Positions 1 to 22,421 of a stretch of DNA of 64,000 nucleotides are shown in pieces. How positions within the stretch are numbered: position 1 is the first letter of the stretch; each line of letters opens with the position of its first letter. The stretch lies in the NCBI RefSeq assembly GCF_009914755.1, contig NC_060942.1, one strand, 5' to 3'. The translations under genes and the position numbers were made by a program. The stretch comes from the human T2T-CHM13v2.0 reference genome, Homo sapiens. The notes under the pieces were generated by a model that was not told the DNA's origin, made no database searches, and saw only the letters and a program-made list of their open reading frames with translations.

Positions 1-99
1 GCCTGGGAGATAGAGGCTACAGTGAGCCGTGATTGTGCCACTGCACTCCAGCCTGGGTGACAGAGTGAGAACTTGCCTCAAATAAATTAAAAAAAAAAA

Positions 100-860
<761 letters not shown>

Positions 861-1808
861 GGAGGAGTAGGATTTAGTGCATTTACTCCTGTATCCCCAG
901 AACCTAGAAGACAGTCTGAAACATAAAAAGCATTAATATTTTTTACATGAATGAATGCTTGCCTGGCTGTTTTCAGATCCTAATCATACCCGTTTCTACA
1001 ATTCTGCCTCATAATCTGACAATATATGGTGATTCCTAACCTCCAATCCAACCCAAGGAGGTTCTAAAATGTTGACTGCCTAACAATCTTTATAAAGTAG
1101 AACTCTGTCTGTAACACTCCCTTGGATACACCTGTCAAGGGCTTCCTACAACCTACAAAATAAAACCTCAACCCTTAACCAGGCATTCCAGGTTAACTTC
1201 CCCAACTTACTTTTCTAATACGCTTTCCCTATCATCTACTAATCTTCCAAAACATGTATTTGTGGTTATGAAAAACAAAAAGGCCAATTAGACATTAACC
1301 ACAAAAATCAGGGGGCAATTATTAATTTTTTTCATTCTTTTGCTCGAGAAATTATTTCTGAAGCAGAGGCAGCAGGATGTGCAAAAGCTCATAAACAAGA
1401 GGGAACAAAGTGGGGTTTTAAGTTGTAAGTAGTCTGGTGCTGGTGAAGTACAACATAGAAGAACAAGAAGGGGAGGAGGCTAAAACAGCAACAAGGAACA
1501 GAGCCTATGACTCAAGGATCTTCTATTTCCTTCTATTTAGCACTAATTGTTTTATATATGTATAAAAAGACATTCATTTAATTTTGTTGGAAAAATAAAC
1601 CACTGAATTGTAACTTGATTCTGATTAATTCTATTCAACAACCTGCCAGACATTTATATTCTTCCCTCCTCCAAAAAGCCAAGCCTAACAAAAATTCTAG
1701 AAATACTTGTAGGTTTTCCAACTATTTCCTAACTTATCAACTCCATAAGTCATATGAAAAATTTTCAACTTTATGTTAGGTGGTCATCTATCAGAATTAC
1801 TTATATCA

Positions 1809-2110
<302 letters not shown>

Positions 2111-3416
2111 TTAAAAAAAGAATTACCTATATCAGAACATACTTTATAGCAGCATGTTTAGTAAAGCTATAACAAATTTGAAATAAGTTTATAATGTATC
2201 TGGCTCAATCATTAACAGTTAACACATTATTATGTTGTACACACACATTATGTTGTACAGTGTTACACTGTTAAAGTATTTTGCTTTAATACAATTTTAC
2301 ACTTTGACAGTGCTTTATGTCTTCAAAGCTCTTTGTTATTATTATTTAATTTGATCCCAAAATAATCCCAATATGTTACCAGGACAAGTAGGCATAATCT
2401 CTACATTTTACATTTGAAGAAACTGAAATGGAGAGAGGTTATTACATGCCTTGCTCAAGGACAGGGGGCTAAAAGTAGGCAAAACTAGGAACCAGGTCTT
2501 CTGACTTCTATACTGCATTCTTTCTACTACCCATACGATCTTCAGGGAAGCCTTGTGTATAGCATTCTTTGTTCATTGGTAAGTTATTAAATATTAGCCC
2601 TTTAGAAAATGTAACAAACATGATAACATTATTTACAGCCAAATCCACTGCTCAACCTATGGCACACTCTACTAACTTTGGAAACAGCACCCTGCCTGTC
2701 AGCATGACAATGTTGCCTTATTATTAGTAACAGTGACTAAAAATTTTCAAATGATTTAACACATTTCTGAACCTCTTAAAAAATTAAATGTACATTATTC
2801 CTATAAATGAACTCTAATAAGTTAACTAATTGTGACATTACATGCTCTATCTAGTTTGGAAGGAATAGCCCTAGTCTGGCATTTTGCCCAGATGGCTCCA
2901 ATTTACATACAAGTTTTAAATCTTTAGGAAATCCTAGAAAAATAAATTTAGAGACTTAACTTCATAAAACATGAACAATTTCCATAGGTCACGGTGTTCT
3001 ACAGGCCGTAGTCTATGATTTTTCTCTTTCATTTATAAATCCCCTCCCTTAAGCATAAAGCACAAAGGATAGGCAGGACCATAAAAGAGAAAACATAGGC
3101 AGAGAGAAGGAAGCAGCAGACTACTAAAGGGCATACACTTTGTCTTGTAAAAGCAAACAAAGAACTTCATTTTCCAAGAGTCGAAGGAGAAAAGAAATGT
3201 TAGCAATGGACAACTGATCTTGCAGGGGTCGGTAATGGTACCAATTTTTTACCATCTTTTTCTTTTTTCTGCCTTTTAGATATACAAACAATTGACCTTA
3301 AAGTAACCCAACTCCTTCTAAATTCCTGGAACCTCGTAGTTTCTTTAATGAAGTCTGATATAGGATCAGCCATGAGAAGAGCCTGATGTAAAGAATATGT
3401 AAGGAATTTTATGGAT

Positions 3417-5630
<2,214 letters not shown>

Positions 5631-7006
5631 TTAGATCCTCAAATGTACCATACTGTTTTCATAAACGCTTGGCACAACCTCCCTCTTTCCTTACGCTTGG
5701 CTTGTGACTACTCAACCTTCAGGTCTTAGCTTAAACGTTCAAGGAATCTTCCTTGATCTCCCATGTGCTCACACAGTACATTTTATTCCTGCCCCCACAC
5801 CACTTATGACACTGAATTGTCACTGCCTGTTTATTTCTATCCTTCTCTGAGCTACAAACTTTGAGACAAGAAAAATTTCTCTCTTGTAGCTTAGCCTAGT
5901 GTTGGCTCATAGCTGATGCCCAATGAATATTTTTACAGATCATGAATACAAACTGACTTTGGAGTCAGACACACATTTCAATTCTGGTTCTGTCACTTAT
6001 TAGCTACTGTGATCCTTGATCAAATTACTTTATCTTTCCTAAGACTGAATTTCCTTTTTTTTTTGGAGGAATAATACCTATCTTGCAAGGTTGTAAGAAT
6101 TAACTGATATCATATGCAAAGCAATCATAGCACATACCCGAATGACAGCAGTGTTTGCCTTGGTTAAGACTTATGGCTTCAAGGACAGAATCTGACTAGA
6201 GGTAGCTTAAGCAAAAAGGGGATTTTTTATAAACATTATCGGAGTGCCTCATGGAATTCAGGGTCATAAGAGAAACTAGAACCAGCAACCCATGTTCTGG
6301 AAATTTGGTTCATTTCTTCTCTGTTTCTCCTGGTCTTTCCATCACTTCCCTTGCTTCCCCATTTTCTCTCCTCTCCCCAACTACCTGGTCCCTCTCTCCA
6401 CCCCACTCCCATCTCTCCTTCACCACCTCCATGTGTTTTATCTTAGTCTCTCTTCATCTTTCATCTTTGCTACTATGCTCATGTGCTTCATTCTTCTCTC
6501 CTGTGGCACAATGGCCTTTTCGGCTCTTCATAAGGTAAAACATGGCTGGCAATAGTCCCAGAGTTAGTATTTTCATTTTAGAGCTAGGCTGAGGAACCAT
6601 AAAATATCAATTCCTAATTCCTAAAGGACCCTGGCCCAGCTTGGATCAGCCGCCTCCCTCTGGGTCAGCCCTCTCCAGCCAAGAGGCAGGGTCACTGATG
6701 GAACATGGCAGATCCCACCTGAACCATGAGATGATAGGAAAGGTCCTAGAAAATGAGACAGTCTGGGCAATCAAAATACTTAGGGCTCACTACTCCATCT
6801 ACTCAGTAAAGGCTATTAACATTTCAAGAGAATTGTTTTACTTAAGTGAATTAGCTGTAATAAAAATATATTATTAATTAGTCACAAGTTTAAAGTTACA
6901 CATCTATGATTTTAAATCTTATATGAATGGGAAATGTGTGACATCAATATAAAACATGTAAAAAGGATTATTTTTTCTTTCTAATTTTAACTTTCTGAAT
7001 TTTACA

Positions 7007-8198
<1,192 letters not shown>

Positions 8199-8739
8199 TC
8201 ATTAATTTTTCATGTTATTAATATTTGTAACATGCAATAAACACTAAAAGCTTTTTTGTTTTGAGGATAATTAGAAAAATCCATTTCCTTACATTAAGCA
8301 AAACAGGCATAATACGACGGAATTTCCCCAAATTTCATACTGGCAAAAAAATATTCATTTTAACACACATGTTGTCATACATATGGCCAAACTTTTCTTG
8401 TAATTTTAAATGTCCATGGGACAGTTACTAAATAAAATGTCTAATTTATTCTCATATTTAAGAAGAATTAAGATGAATAATTATTGTTTTCATTACAAGT
8501 TTTCTATATGCTCACCATATTAAAATATAAATAATAAAGATGTATCTAAGTGTGTACATTGGATGCACTAACTGATTTAATCCAGGCAATAACCACTGAA
8601 GATATGTGTTGTTATTATCTCTGTTTTACAGATGAGGAAACTAAGGCTGGAGACGTTAAATAGGTTTTGGTTCTATGTCACAAAACTAGTAAGTGACAGA
8701 GCCAGAAGCTGAGAATGAACTCAGAATATTTCAGCTCAG

Positions 8740-9245
8740 TGTCTATTAATTATTGCTGCTACAACAAATTACCACAAATTTAGTGGCTTAAAACAATACA
8801 AACGTATTTATCTTACAGTTCAGAAGTCTGACACCGGTGTCCCTGGACTAAAATCAAGGTGTCAGCAGGGCTGCATTTCCTTCTGGAGATTCAAAGAGAA
8901 AATCAGTTCTTGCCCTTTCTAGCTTGTGGGGGCTGCCCACATTCCTTGGCTCACAGACTCCTTCCACCTTTAAGGCCTGGAATGTTGTCTCTTTCTGATG
9001 CTGCTTTGTTGTTACATTTCCTTGACTTTCCTGCTTTTCTCTTCCACTCTTAAAAACCATTGTTACTCTATTATGCCTACCTGGATAAGCCAGGATAAAC
9101 TCTCTATTTCAAAATCAGTTTATCAGGAACTTTAACTCTACCTGCAACTGTAACTCCTCTTTACCATGTAACCTAATATATTCAAAGGTTCCGAGAATTC
9201 ACAGAACATGGACATCTCTGGGGAGTCAAGATGCTGCCTACCACA
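8740..9245 (-). mobile_element. MLT1 MaLR LTR
   Basis: ACAAATTACCACAAATTTAGTGGCTTAAAACAA ... TGCCTACCACA. Confidence 0.75.
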
Positions 9246-9364
9246 GTACCCATGCTTATAATCAGTATACTACAACAATCATGCTCATGCTCAACTGTTA
9301 GGGTTCAGAGAGTCAGTATGCTTCCATACTAAGCAACATAACTGTTAAATTAGGAGGATCATGA

Positions 9365-9548
9365 GTGTCCAACCCTTTGAATGTGAGGACTATTTTGCTT
9401 ATCTGTGGTGGCGGATATCACAAAAGTTATGCACAGACCTTTTTTTTTTTTAACCTCATCAGCTATTGTTAGTTTTATTGTATTTTATGTGTGGCCCAAG
9501 ATAATTCTTATTCCAATATGGCCCAGGGAAGCCAAAATGTTGGACACT
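9365..9548. mobile_element. MER30 (hAT-Charlie) relic
   Basis: Inverted termini GTGTCCAA / TTGGACAC and MER30 body (TGTGGCCCAAG...GGCCCAGGGAAGCC). Confidence 0.7.
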
Positions 9549-9850
9549 GGTGGAAATTATTAACTCTCAAAGTAAAACCAAGTGATTGAGTCAATGGAGT
9601 TAACTCATCTATCTAAATAGGTCTTAAAAGGAAACAAGTCAATAAGAGATATCATCTTCCCCTTTCTTACCAAGCTTCTGAAGTATAATACTGAGTGTTA
9701 GGGGGGAGAAAGAGGAACAAGTAAAGCTGGGCTTGTTCTAAGTAGCTTGTTCTAAGTAGCTGGAAGGAGAGAGAAGCACTATAAAAGGTCTGAATTCTGG
9801 TAGTAGGGCTGTGGTTGGCATTACATCCAGCCTGTTCAGATGATACTCTA

Positions 9851-10433
9851 TGCTATGGTTTGAATATGCACCCAAAGTTCACGTGTTGGAAGCTTAATCC
9901 ACAATGCAACAGTGTTGAGAGGTGGGATCTTTAAGATGTAAATAGGTTATGAGGACTGTGCCCTCTGAAGGGGTTAATGTCACCATCATGGGAGTGGGTT
10001 TGTTATAAAAGCCAGTCTGTCAAGACCAGTCTAAGCCCAGTGAGACCTTGTCTCTACAAAAGGAAAAAAAAAAAAAAAGCCAGGCGCTGTTGAGCACCAG
10101 TAGTCCCAGCTACTTGGGAGGCTGAAGTAGGGAGGAACACTTGAGGCCAGGAGTTCAAGGCTGCAGTGAGCCAGGATTGTGCCACTGCACTCCAGCCTGG
10201 GCAAAAGAGTGACACTGTCTTTTTAAAGTGAGTTTCTCTCTCTCCCTCAGTCTAACCCTCTCTCAGCCTCTTGCCTTCCACCATGAGATAACACAGCAAG
10301 AAGAAGGCCCTTGCCAGATGTCAGCACTTTGGTATTGGACCTCCCAGCCTCCAGAACTGTGAGAAGTAAATTTCTCTTCTTTATAAATTACCAAATCTGT
10401 GGTACTGTTATAGCAACACAAAATAAACTAAGA
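9851..10433 (+). mobile_element. MST-type MaLR LTR with an inserted AluJ fragment (10021-10225)
   Basis: TGCTATGGTTTGAAT... start and CAGCCTCCAGAACTGTGAG...ACTAAGA end. Confidence 0.75.
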
Positions 10434-10779
10434 AACCCTAAGATGCAATTGTTCTTCAAATAACCTCTAAATGAGAATTTGGCAGGAAGCTGGTCTCCAC
10501 ACAGGAATTACTCAAATCACCAGGACTCAAAAGATAGAAGATGGGGTGGGGGTGGGGGTTGACTTCCTTCTTTGTCACAATATCAAACATGGAGACTTTT
10601 TCCCTTTTTTCTTCCTCCCTAGAGTAGGAGGAAGGGGAGCTTCACATAAGAGTGTCAAGTTTGAGGGACACTGGCAAGAGAGCTAAGGAAACCTAAAATA
10701 GAATCTTTGTCTATTGTTGTGGTTAGCCTAGAAGGCACTTTGCAACATTCATTACTATAAACATCATCATTAATAAGTC

Positions 10780-10782
<3 letters not shown>

Positions 10783-10834
<52 letters not shown>
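10783..10834. repeat. (AC)26 microsatellite
   Basis: Perfect dinucleotide run. Confidence 0.97.
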
Positions 10835-10839
<5 letters not shown>

Positions 10840-11357
10840 TGCTCCTCATTATTTTGAATTCCATACTTATGAATTCACCTGCTTGCCAAAATTAATACCA
10901 TATCAGTTCAGGGTGGCAATAACAATTGATAATATCAATTTCTGCATTATTTAGCAACTGCTATTGTTTCCACTTGGAAATAGGAAACTAAGAGCCACCT
11001 GAATAAGAACGTATGGGAAAATAGGATTTGCTGCACATCAAGTTTTTATATGGTCAAGCTCCAAGGACCATATCTCTACCATAAAGTCAAATATACCTGC
11101 ATGTTCTGAAGGACTTCATTCCATTTACATTTTAATATATATACGGCATCTTTGAACAGAAACACACATATAACAAGGTTACATGATTTATTTAAAAAAG
11201 CTCATAGGAACCTAAGCCTGTATTCCCTCTAGGAGGAATGGTTCAGTCTTTGATTAGGTAGTTATTTGTAATTTTATAGAACATAACTAGCGCAAATAAT
11301 GAGAACTGACTATATATGAATATTGATAGAAAAGATGGCCAAAATTATGTTTTTTAA

Positions 11358-12016
<659 letters not shown>

Positions 12017-12918
12017 TATTCTGTTGAATTATCAATTCTTTTCCCCATCATCATTTAGGACCTGACCCAAATGATAAATACTGATCAAAAATTAATGTTT
12101 GAATCTACTTTTTTAATTGAAGAGAGTGTGGATAAAAAACACTGATATTAATCCATAGATCGACATATATCAAATTAATTTACTAGTTATCTGCACCTGT
12201 TTTTAAGCTGTGAAGACTTGATAATGCTCTGGAGTTCAACAACTGCTTTAGCCTCGAAATGTCCAGGTAAGGCATCAACGCTGGGAGACAGGAAAACAGC
12301 ACGTATATGAGAAAGGCAGGATGCACGCTGACTGTTTCCAGCCATTCCTCATATTTATATTCTGACTCTTCACATCCATTTACATGTTTAATCTCCCAAC
12401 TATATGAACTTGCCTCCTTTGGCTTTTTGGAGTGAAATAATGAAGTAAAAAAATTAATATGGAAATAGCATGAATGGTTTTATTCTAGTTCAATAAAGCT
12501 GTTATATTAAAAAGAGATACAAAGTTTTTGATTCAAAAAAGTTCATGTTTCCTTTCTATTTTCATATTACATGGGGAGCCTTTTAGCGTGGGCTATAAAA
12601 TGATCATTTATATTCAGCTTTTCATTCCTTAGGATGACCTAAAAATTAAAACCAGAACTTCGTATTTCTGAAATAGGGCTTACTTCTGGCTACACTATTT
12701 CAACCCTAAAATCATTGTTTAAAATATGTACATAATAACGATGTGTATATATTTAAAATTTTGTTTTATTAAAAAATAAAACCTTTTGATTTTCAAAGTT
12801 TAGCACATACACGTATGGAAGTTTCCACCCAGAAAGGCACTAATATTCTGTGGAAAACTATTTTAGAATGCAACAACATTAAGAATTTTTGTAATCCTGA
12901 TACTACTTTGTGCTCTTA

Positions 12919-15684
<2,766 letters not shown>

Positions 15685-15847
15685 CTATCCTAAGTACTCT
15701 TGTGTATACTAACACATTTAATCCTTACAACCACCCTTTCAGTTAAGGACTATTTTTACTCACCCCTTAAAGATGAGGAAACTAAGGCACACAGAATAGG
15801 TAACTAGTCTAAGGTCAAAGACACTCTCAGGCAATTTAGCTCCAGAA

Positions 15848-16330
15848 CAGTACTGTCCAATAGAAATATAATGTGAACCACAAATACAAACCACATATGC
15901 AATTTTAAATTTTCCAGTAGCCACATTTAAAAACATAAAACAGAAAGAGATTAATTTTAATATCTTATTTAACCTACTATATCAAAAATGTTATCAACAT
16001 GCAATTAATATTTAATAGTTGAATTATTCTACATTCTTTTTACCATATTAAAATCTGGTGTGTACTGCACCAGGCGTGGTGGCTCACGTCTGTAATCCCA
16101 GCACTTTGGGAGGCTGAGGCAGGTGGATTACTTGAGGTCAGGAGTTTGAGAACAGCCTGACCAACATGGTGAAACCCCGCCTCTACTAAAAATACAAAAA
16201 TCAGCTGGGGGTGTTGGCGTGCACCTGTGAGCCCAGCTACTCGAAATCGGGTGTGTATTTTACACTTACAGTACATCTCAATTTGGACTAGCCACATTTC
16301 AAGTGCTCATCTATTATACTGGAGAGTGTT
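15848..16330. mobile_element. MER33-like hAT relic interrupted by a partial Alu (16068-16243)
   Basis: CAGTACTGTCCAATAGAAATATAATG...TAGCCACATTTCAAGTGCTCA. Confidence 0.7.
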
Positions 16331-16427
16331 CATAACCACTGTTCTATGCTTTTCTACTAAAAAAAATAGTGTATTCTCAGTATGCAAGAATGGTTTAGTT
16401 TTAGGGTCTATTAATAATATTAATTCA

Positions 16428-17924
<1,497 letters not shown>

Positions 17925-17929
17925 TGCAT

Positions 17930-19750
17930 GATCCCTTATACAAAAAAAGTAAGAGAATTAACTGAAAAGCTATCAGACACAGATTTCTATAGAGCAGCTA
18001 CAAAAATATATTGAGAAATAAGTAGTTTTGTAATATACCAAAAATAGTTATAAAGTAGTACTCAACAAATGATAGGGATCTATCAAAAGTACATAGGAAC
18101 TAGTTTGAAGAGGCTCTTGCTGACCAAACACAGAATCTGAGCATCAAGAAAAAAAAATGGTGACACTAACAGATTACAACTAGTTGACTAAGATAATCCA
18201 TAAGTCACTCTGATAAATAAATAAGGACAGGAAGGTTCTCTCTTACAGAATCCCAACTACTAAACTTGGAGTAAGAGAGCTACACATTCAGCACACGTAT
18301 CCCAGAACAACTCTTACTGCAATAATTAATTCAGCCAAGGAATCATCAATGGAAGCAAAAACTATTACCTTATCTGTAATTTACTAAAAAGAGAAATATG
18401 TTCATTTTGTGGTGATGAAACCTGACAGATATCACTTAACTAAGTAATCAAAGTTAATACTGCCAATAGTAGGATAGACTAACACAGCGTGCCTCCTGAT
18501 GTCTTGTACTCTGAAGAACATAATAGCCTTTAAGTGGTACTCCTGCCTCAAATTCATAACCTAAATCAAATCATGAGGAAACATCAAACAAAAACTCATC
18601 GATGTACACTATACAAAACCAGTAGTCTAACTTTTAAAAATATCAATGTCATGAAAGATAAAGCCTGAAGAACTGTTCAGATTAAAGGAGACTAAAGAAA
18701 CATGACAATTAAATGCAACATGTATTTCTAGATTGGATTTTGGATTTTTGTTATAAAGAATATTATTAGGACAATTGGAAAAATATATGAACTACTGTAT
18801 TACTTTCCTTGCCACATTTCCTTTATTGTTCCCTCCTAGGGCTGCTGTAGAAAAAAAATGGCTTAAAATAACAAATTTATTATGTCATAGTTCTGGAGGC
18901 AGGATGTCCAAAATTCAAGTGTCAGCAGGGCTATGCTCCCCCTGACACTCTGGATACCATCCTTCCTTGCCTCCTCCTAGCTTCTGATGGTAGCTGGCAA
19001 TCCTTCGTGCTCCTGGCTTACAGGTGCATCCCACCAATTTCTGCCTCTGTTGTCACAAGGCATTCTCTCTGGGTGTCTGTCTTCACATGTGGGTTTTTGG
19101 TTTTTGTTTTGTTTTGTTTTTTGAGACGGAGTCTCACTCTGTCGCCCAGGCTGGAGAGCAGTGGTGCAATCTCGGCTCACTGCAACCTTGCCTCCCGGGT
19201 TCAAGCAATTCTCCTGCCTCAGCCTCCCAAGTTGCTCGAACTACAGGCGCGTGCCACCATGCCTGGCTAATTTTTGTATTTTTAGTATAGACAAGGTTTC
19301 ACCCATTAGCCAGGATGGTCTCAATCTACTGATCTCGTGATCCGCCTGCCTTGGCCTCCCAAAGGATGCTATTTCCAAATAAGGCCACATTCACAGGTAC
19401 TGAGGGTTAGGACCCTTTTGGGGAACATAACTGAATCCGCAACTGCAAATTAGGTAACTGTATTATACTGATGTTGAACTTGTTGAATTCAGTAACTGTA
19501 CTGCAGTTGTATAAGAAAACGTCCTTGTTTTAGGAAATACATACTGAAATATTTAAGGGTACTGAGACATGCCATTTGCAATTAACTTTCAAATGGTGGT
19601 GGTGGGGACACGTATACACACATACCCAAGGAGGGAAACATAAAGGAAATGTGACAAAATGTTAACAACTGGTAAATCTGGGTGGAGGGTATCCAGTTCT
19701 TTGTGCTACTCTTGCAACTTTTCTGAACTTTGAAGTTATTTCTAAATAAA
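17930..19750 (+). mobile_element. old L1M (L1MC/ME) fragments interrupted by MLT1 and Alu
   Basis: Typical L1MC 3' sequence (TTCAGATTAAAGGAGACTAAAGAAACATGACAATTAAATGCAA; GCAACTTTTCTGAACTTTGAAG). Confidence 0.6.
18830..19445 (-). mobile_element. MLT1 MaLR LTR with an inserted Alu (19093-19364, minus)
   Basis: GTTCTGGAGGC...GTGTCAGCAGGG...CACATTCACAGGTACTGAGGGTTAGGAC. Confidence 0.7.
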
Positions 19751-20198
19751 CTTGCAGCACTATTTACAACAGCAAAGACTTGGAACCAACCCATATCCCC
19801 ATCAATGATAGACTGGATAAAGAAAATGTGGCACCTATACACCATGGAATACTATGCAGCCATAAAAAAGAAATGAGTTCATGTCCTTTGCAAGGACATG
19901 GATGAAGCTGGAAATCATCATCCTCAGCAAACTAACACAGGAACAGAAAACCAAACACCGTATGTTCTCACTTATAAGTGGGAGATGAACAATGAGAACA
20001 CATGGACACAGGGAGGGGAACATCACACACTGGGGCCTGTTAGGGGGTGGGGGGAAGGGGAGGGAGAGCATTAGGAGAAATACCTAATGCATGCGGGGCT
20101 TAAGACTAGATGACGGGTTGATAGGTGAAGCAAAACACCATGGCACATGTGTACCCATGTAACAAACCTGCACGTTCAGCACATGTATCCCAGAACTT

Positions 20199-20231
<33 letters not shown>
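19751..20231 (+). mobile_element. L1PA (older, PA7/PA8-like) 3' end with a (CA)n tail
   Basis: ORF2 C-terminal and 3' UTR sequence (GCAAAGACTTGGAACCAACC ... CCCAGAACTTAAA) followed by (AC)n. Confidence 0.85.
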
Positions 20232-20233
<2 letters not shown>

Positions 20234-20773
20234 AGACCTATGAGTAAGTAAAACAAAAGTTCAGAGTCTATATAATAAAACTGGGATATAAAAGACAATC
20301 TCAAAAAATAAACACATCACTTATTTTTAGAAGGTACATTACAAAGATGCCCATCCTTCCTACATAAATCTAAGTAACATTAAATCAAAATCACAATGAA
20401 GTTCACATGAAAAAGTAAATGCATATGAATAGCTGAGAAAGTTTTGAAAAGGAAAACAGGAAATTTGTCCTTCTAGGAATCACAGCCTCATGGTTAAGGG
20501 TATAGGCTCTGGAGTCACAAAGTTAGGTTACAGTCCTAGCGTGTAATTTGAGTAAATTTAACCTCTTGAAGCCTATTTCTTTATCTGTAAAAATAAAGAT
20601 ATCAAGAATACTTAACTGTTGAAGGTTCTGTGAGAAATGAGTTAGCTAAATATGTTAAAGTATTTATACAGGGACTGTCACACAGTCAATTATCAATACA
20701 CATTAGTTGCTGTTATCATGGTTATAATCAACAGCATCAAGCTATGTGGTATTGGCATAGAAACAAACAATTA

Positions 20774-21065
<292 letters not shown>

Positions 21066-22274
21066 AATTAAATCCCTCAAAAGAAAGAGCCCAGAAACAG
21101 GCCCAAGAGTAAAAAGAATTTGCAAACACTAAAAGGTGGCATTTTGAACCAGTGTGAAAATAGATTTAATAACTAGCAGTAGTGAGGTATATCATCTGAG
21201 GAAAAAAAAATTACCTCACAACATACATAAAATCCAGAGTATAGAGCTAAATGACTTGTAAGACAAAACAAAACAAAAACCTGTAAGTAGAATTTTTAAC
21301 ATCATCTTCAAGTGGAGAAAATATTCTTGAAACACAAAATCCAAAAGTTACAGAAGGAACATTATGCACAGACATGGAAAAGTCTTTGCAACATAAAGAC
21401 AAAGAAAGAATATCTATAATATATTGAAGAGTCCCTAAAAACCTGTAAGAAAAAGACAAATAACCCAATAGTAAAACTGGCAAAGATTATGAGCAAGCAG
21501 TTCACCACAAGGAGAGATGCATAGTAGCCTTCAATTGAAAAAGCAAATTAAAATAATTTTAAGATATCTTTATTCATATATATAACAAAAATAAAACAAT
21601 GTTCTATCAATCCCCCTAAAAAAACTGGGAAAATATAGAAAGAGCTTTAAACCTGCTAACATCCCTGGCTCTGTTTATCACCAAAAGAAAAAGCAACACC
21701 TATCATGCCATTAGAACACTTTATTATGGAAAGAGGAAAAACAAAACCAAAAAAAAACACAGGTAGAAAAGCAATCACTGAACCTTACTGTTAGAAGAAA
21801 ACTAAGCTTATCAGGTCTGACCACTCACTAACACAAGAAAGTACCACTGACAATGACCTATATGCAGCATTTACTCAAACTCGAGACAAGGTAGTTCAAT
21901 AAAGCACTTCTAAACAACTGTTAAAAATTACTTCTTTATAATCTTCAAATTGCTTAAAAATGATAAACATCTTTTTAACAAACTTTAAAAATTTTGTCAG
22001 GAATCAAAGGCAACTTTCAGTGTCTGCATTTATTAACGTTCACCTTTTAAGACATCATCTAATCATTCTTCTAAGATATCTACCTGTCTCCATGATTTCT
22101 CTCTTACTGGTAGGGCCCTGGAAGTATCAGAAATACCTTTCAGAACCTTGAGATATAATTCTTCTAGACCTAGAGACATGAACTCATGTAAAGCTACATG
22201 CCTCTATTTTCTTATTATTTATTTGTTTTTAATAATATAAACTTCACACTATGATCTCTTAGGACAAAAAATGA

Positions 22275-22421
22275 CAGGGGAAAGCACGAACACAGTCCCT
22301 CACTACTACAAATTCTGCATTTGGGGAAATCACAGGGGTCAGCACAACCAAAGTGCAATGGATGAGCCTCACTCTGAGAACCACCTTCATGATCATGGTA
22401 TCTCCCCAGCCAGATAAGTGT
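22275..22421 (-). pseudogene. U1 snRNA pseudogene (RNU1-type)
   Basis: Minus strand ACACTTATCTGGCTGGGGAGATACCATGATCATGAAGGTGG...AATTTGTAGTAGTGAGGGACTGTGTTCGTGCTTTCCCCTG matches U1, with substitutions, CpG decay and a ~15-nt deletion before the Sm site. Confidence 0.93.

Noticed and set aside
9731-9761. 14-bp tandem duplication GCTTGTTCTAAGTA x2
   Set aside because: Ordinary slippage duplication.
12185-12479. ~98-codon stop-free minus-strand frame
   Set aside because: No early ATG or homology; a few such runs are expected by chance across six frames of 64 kb.
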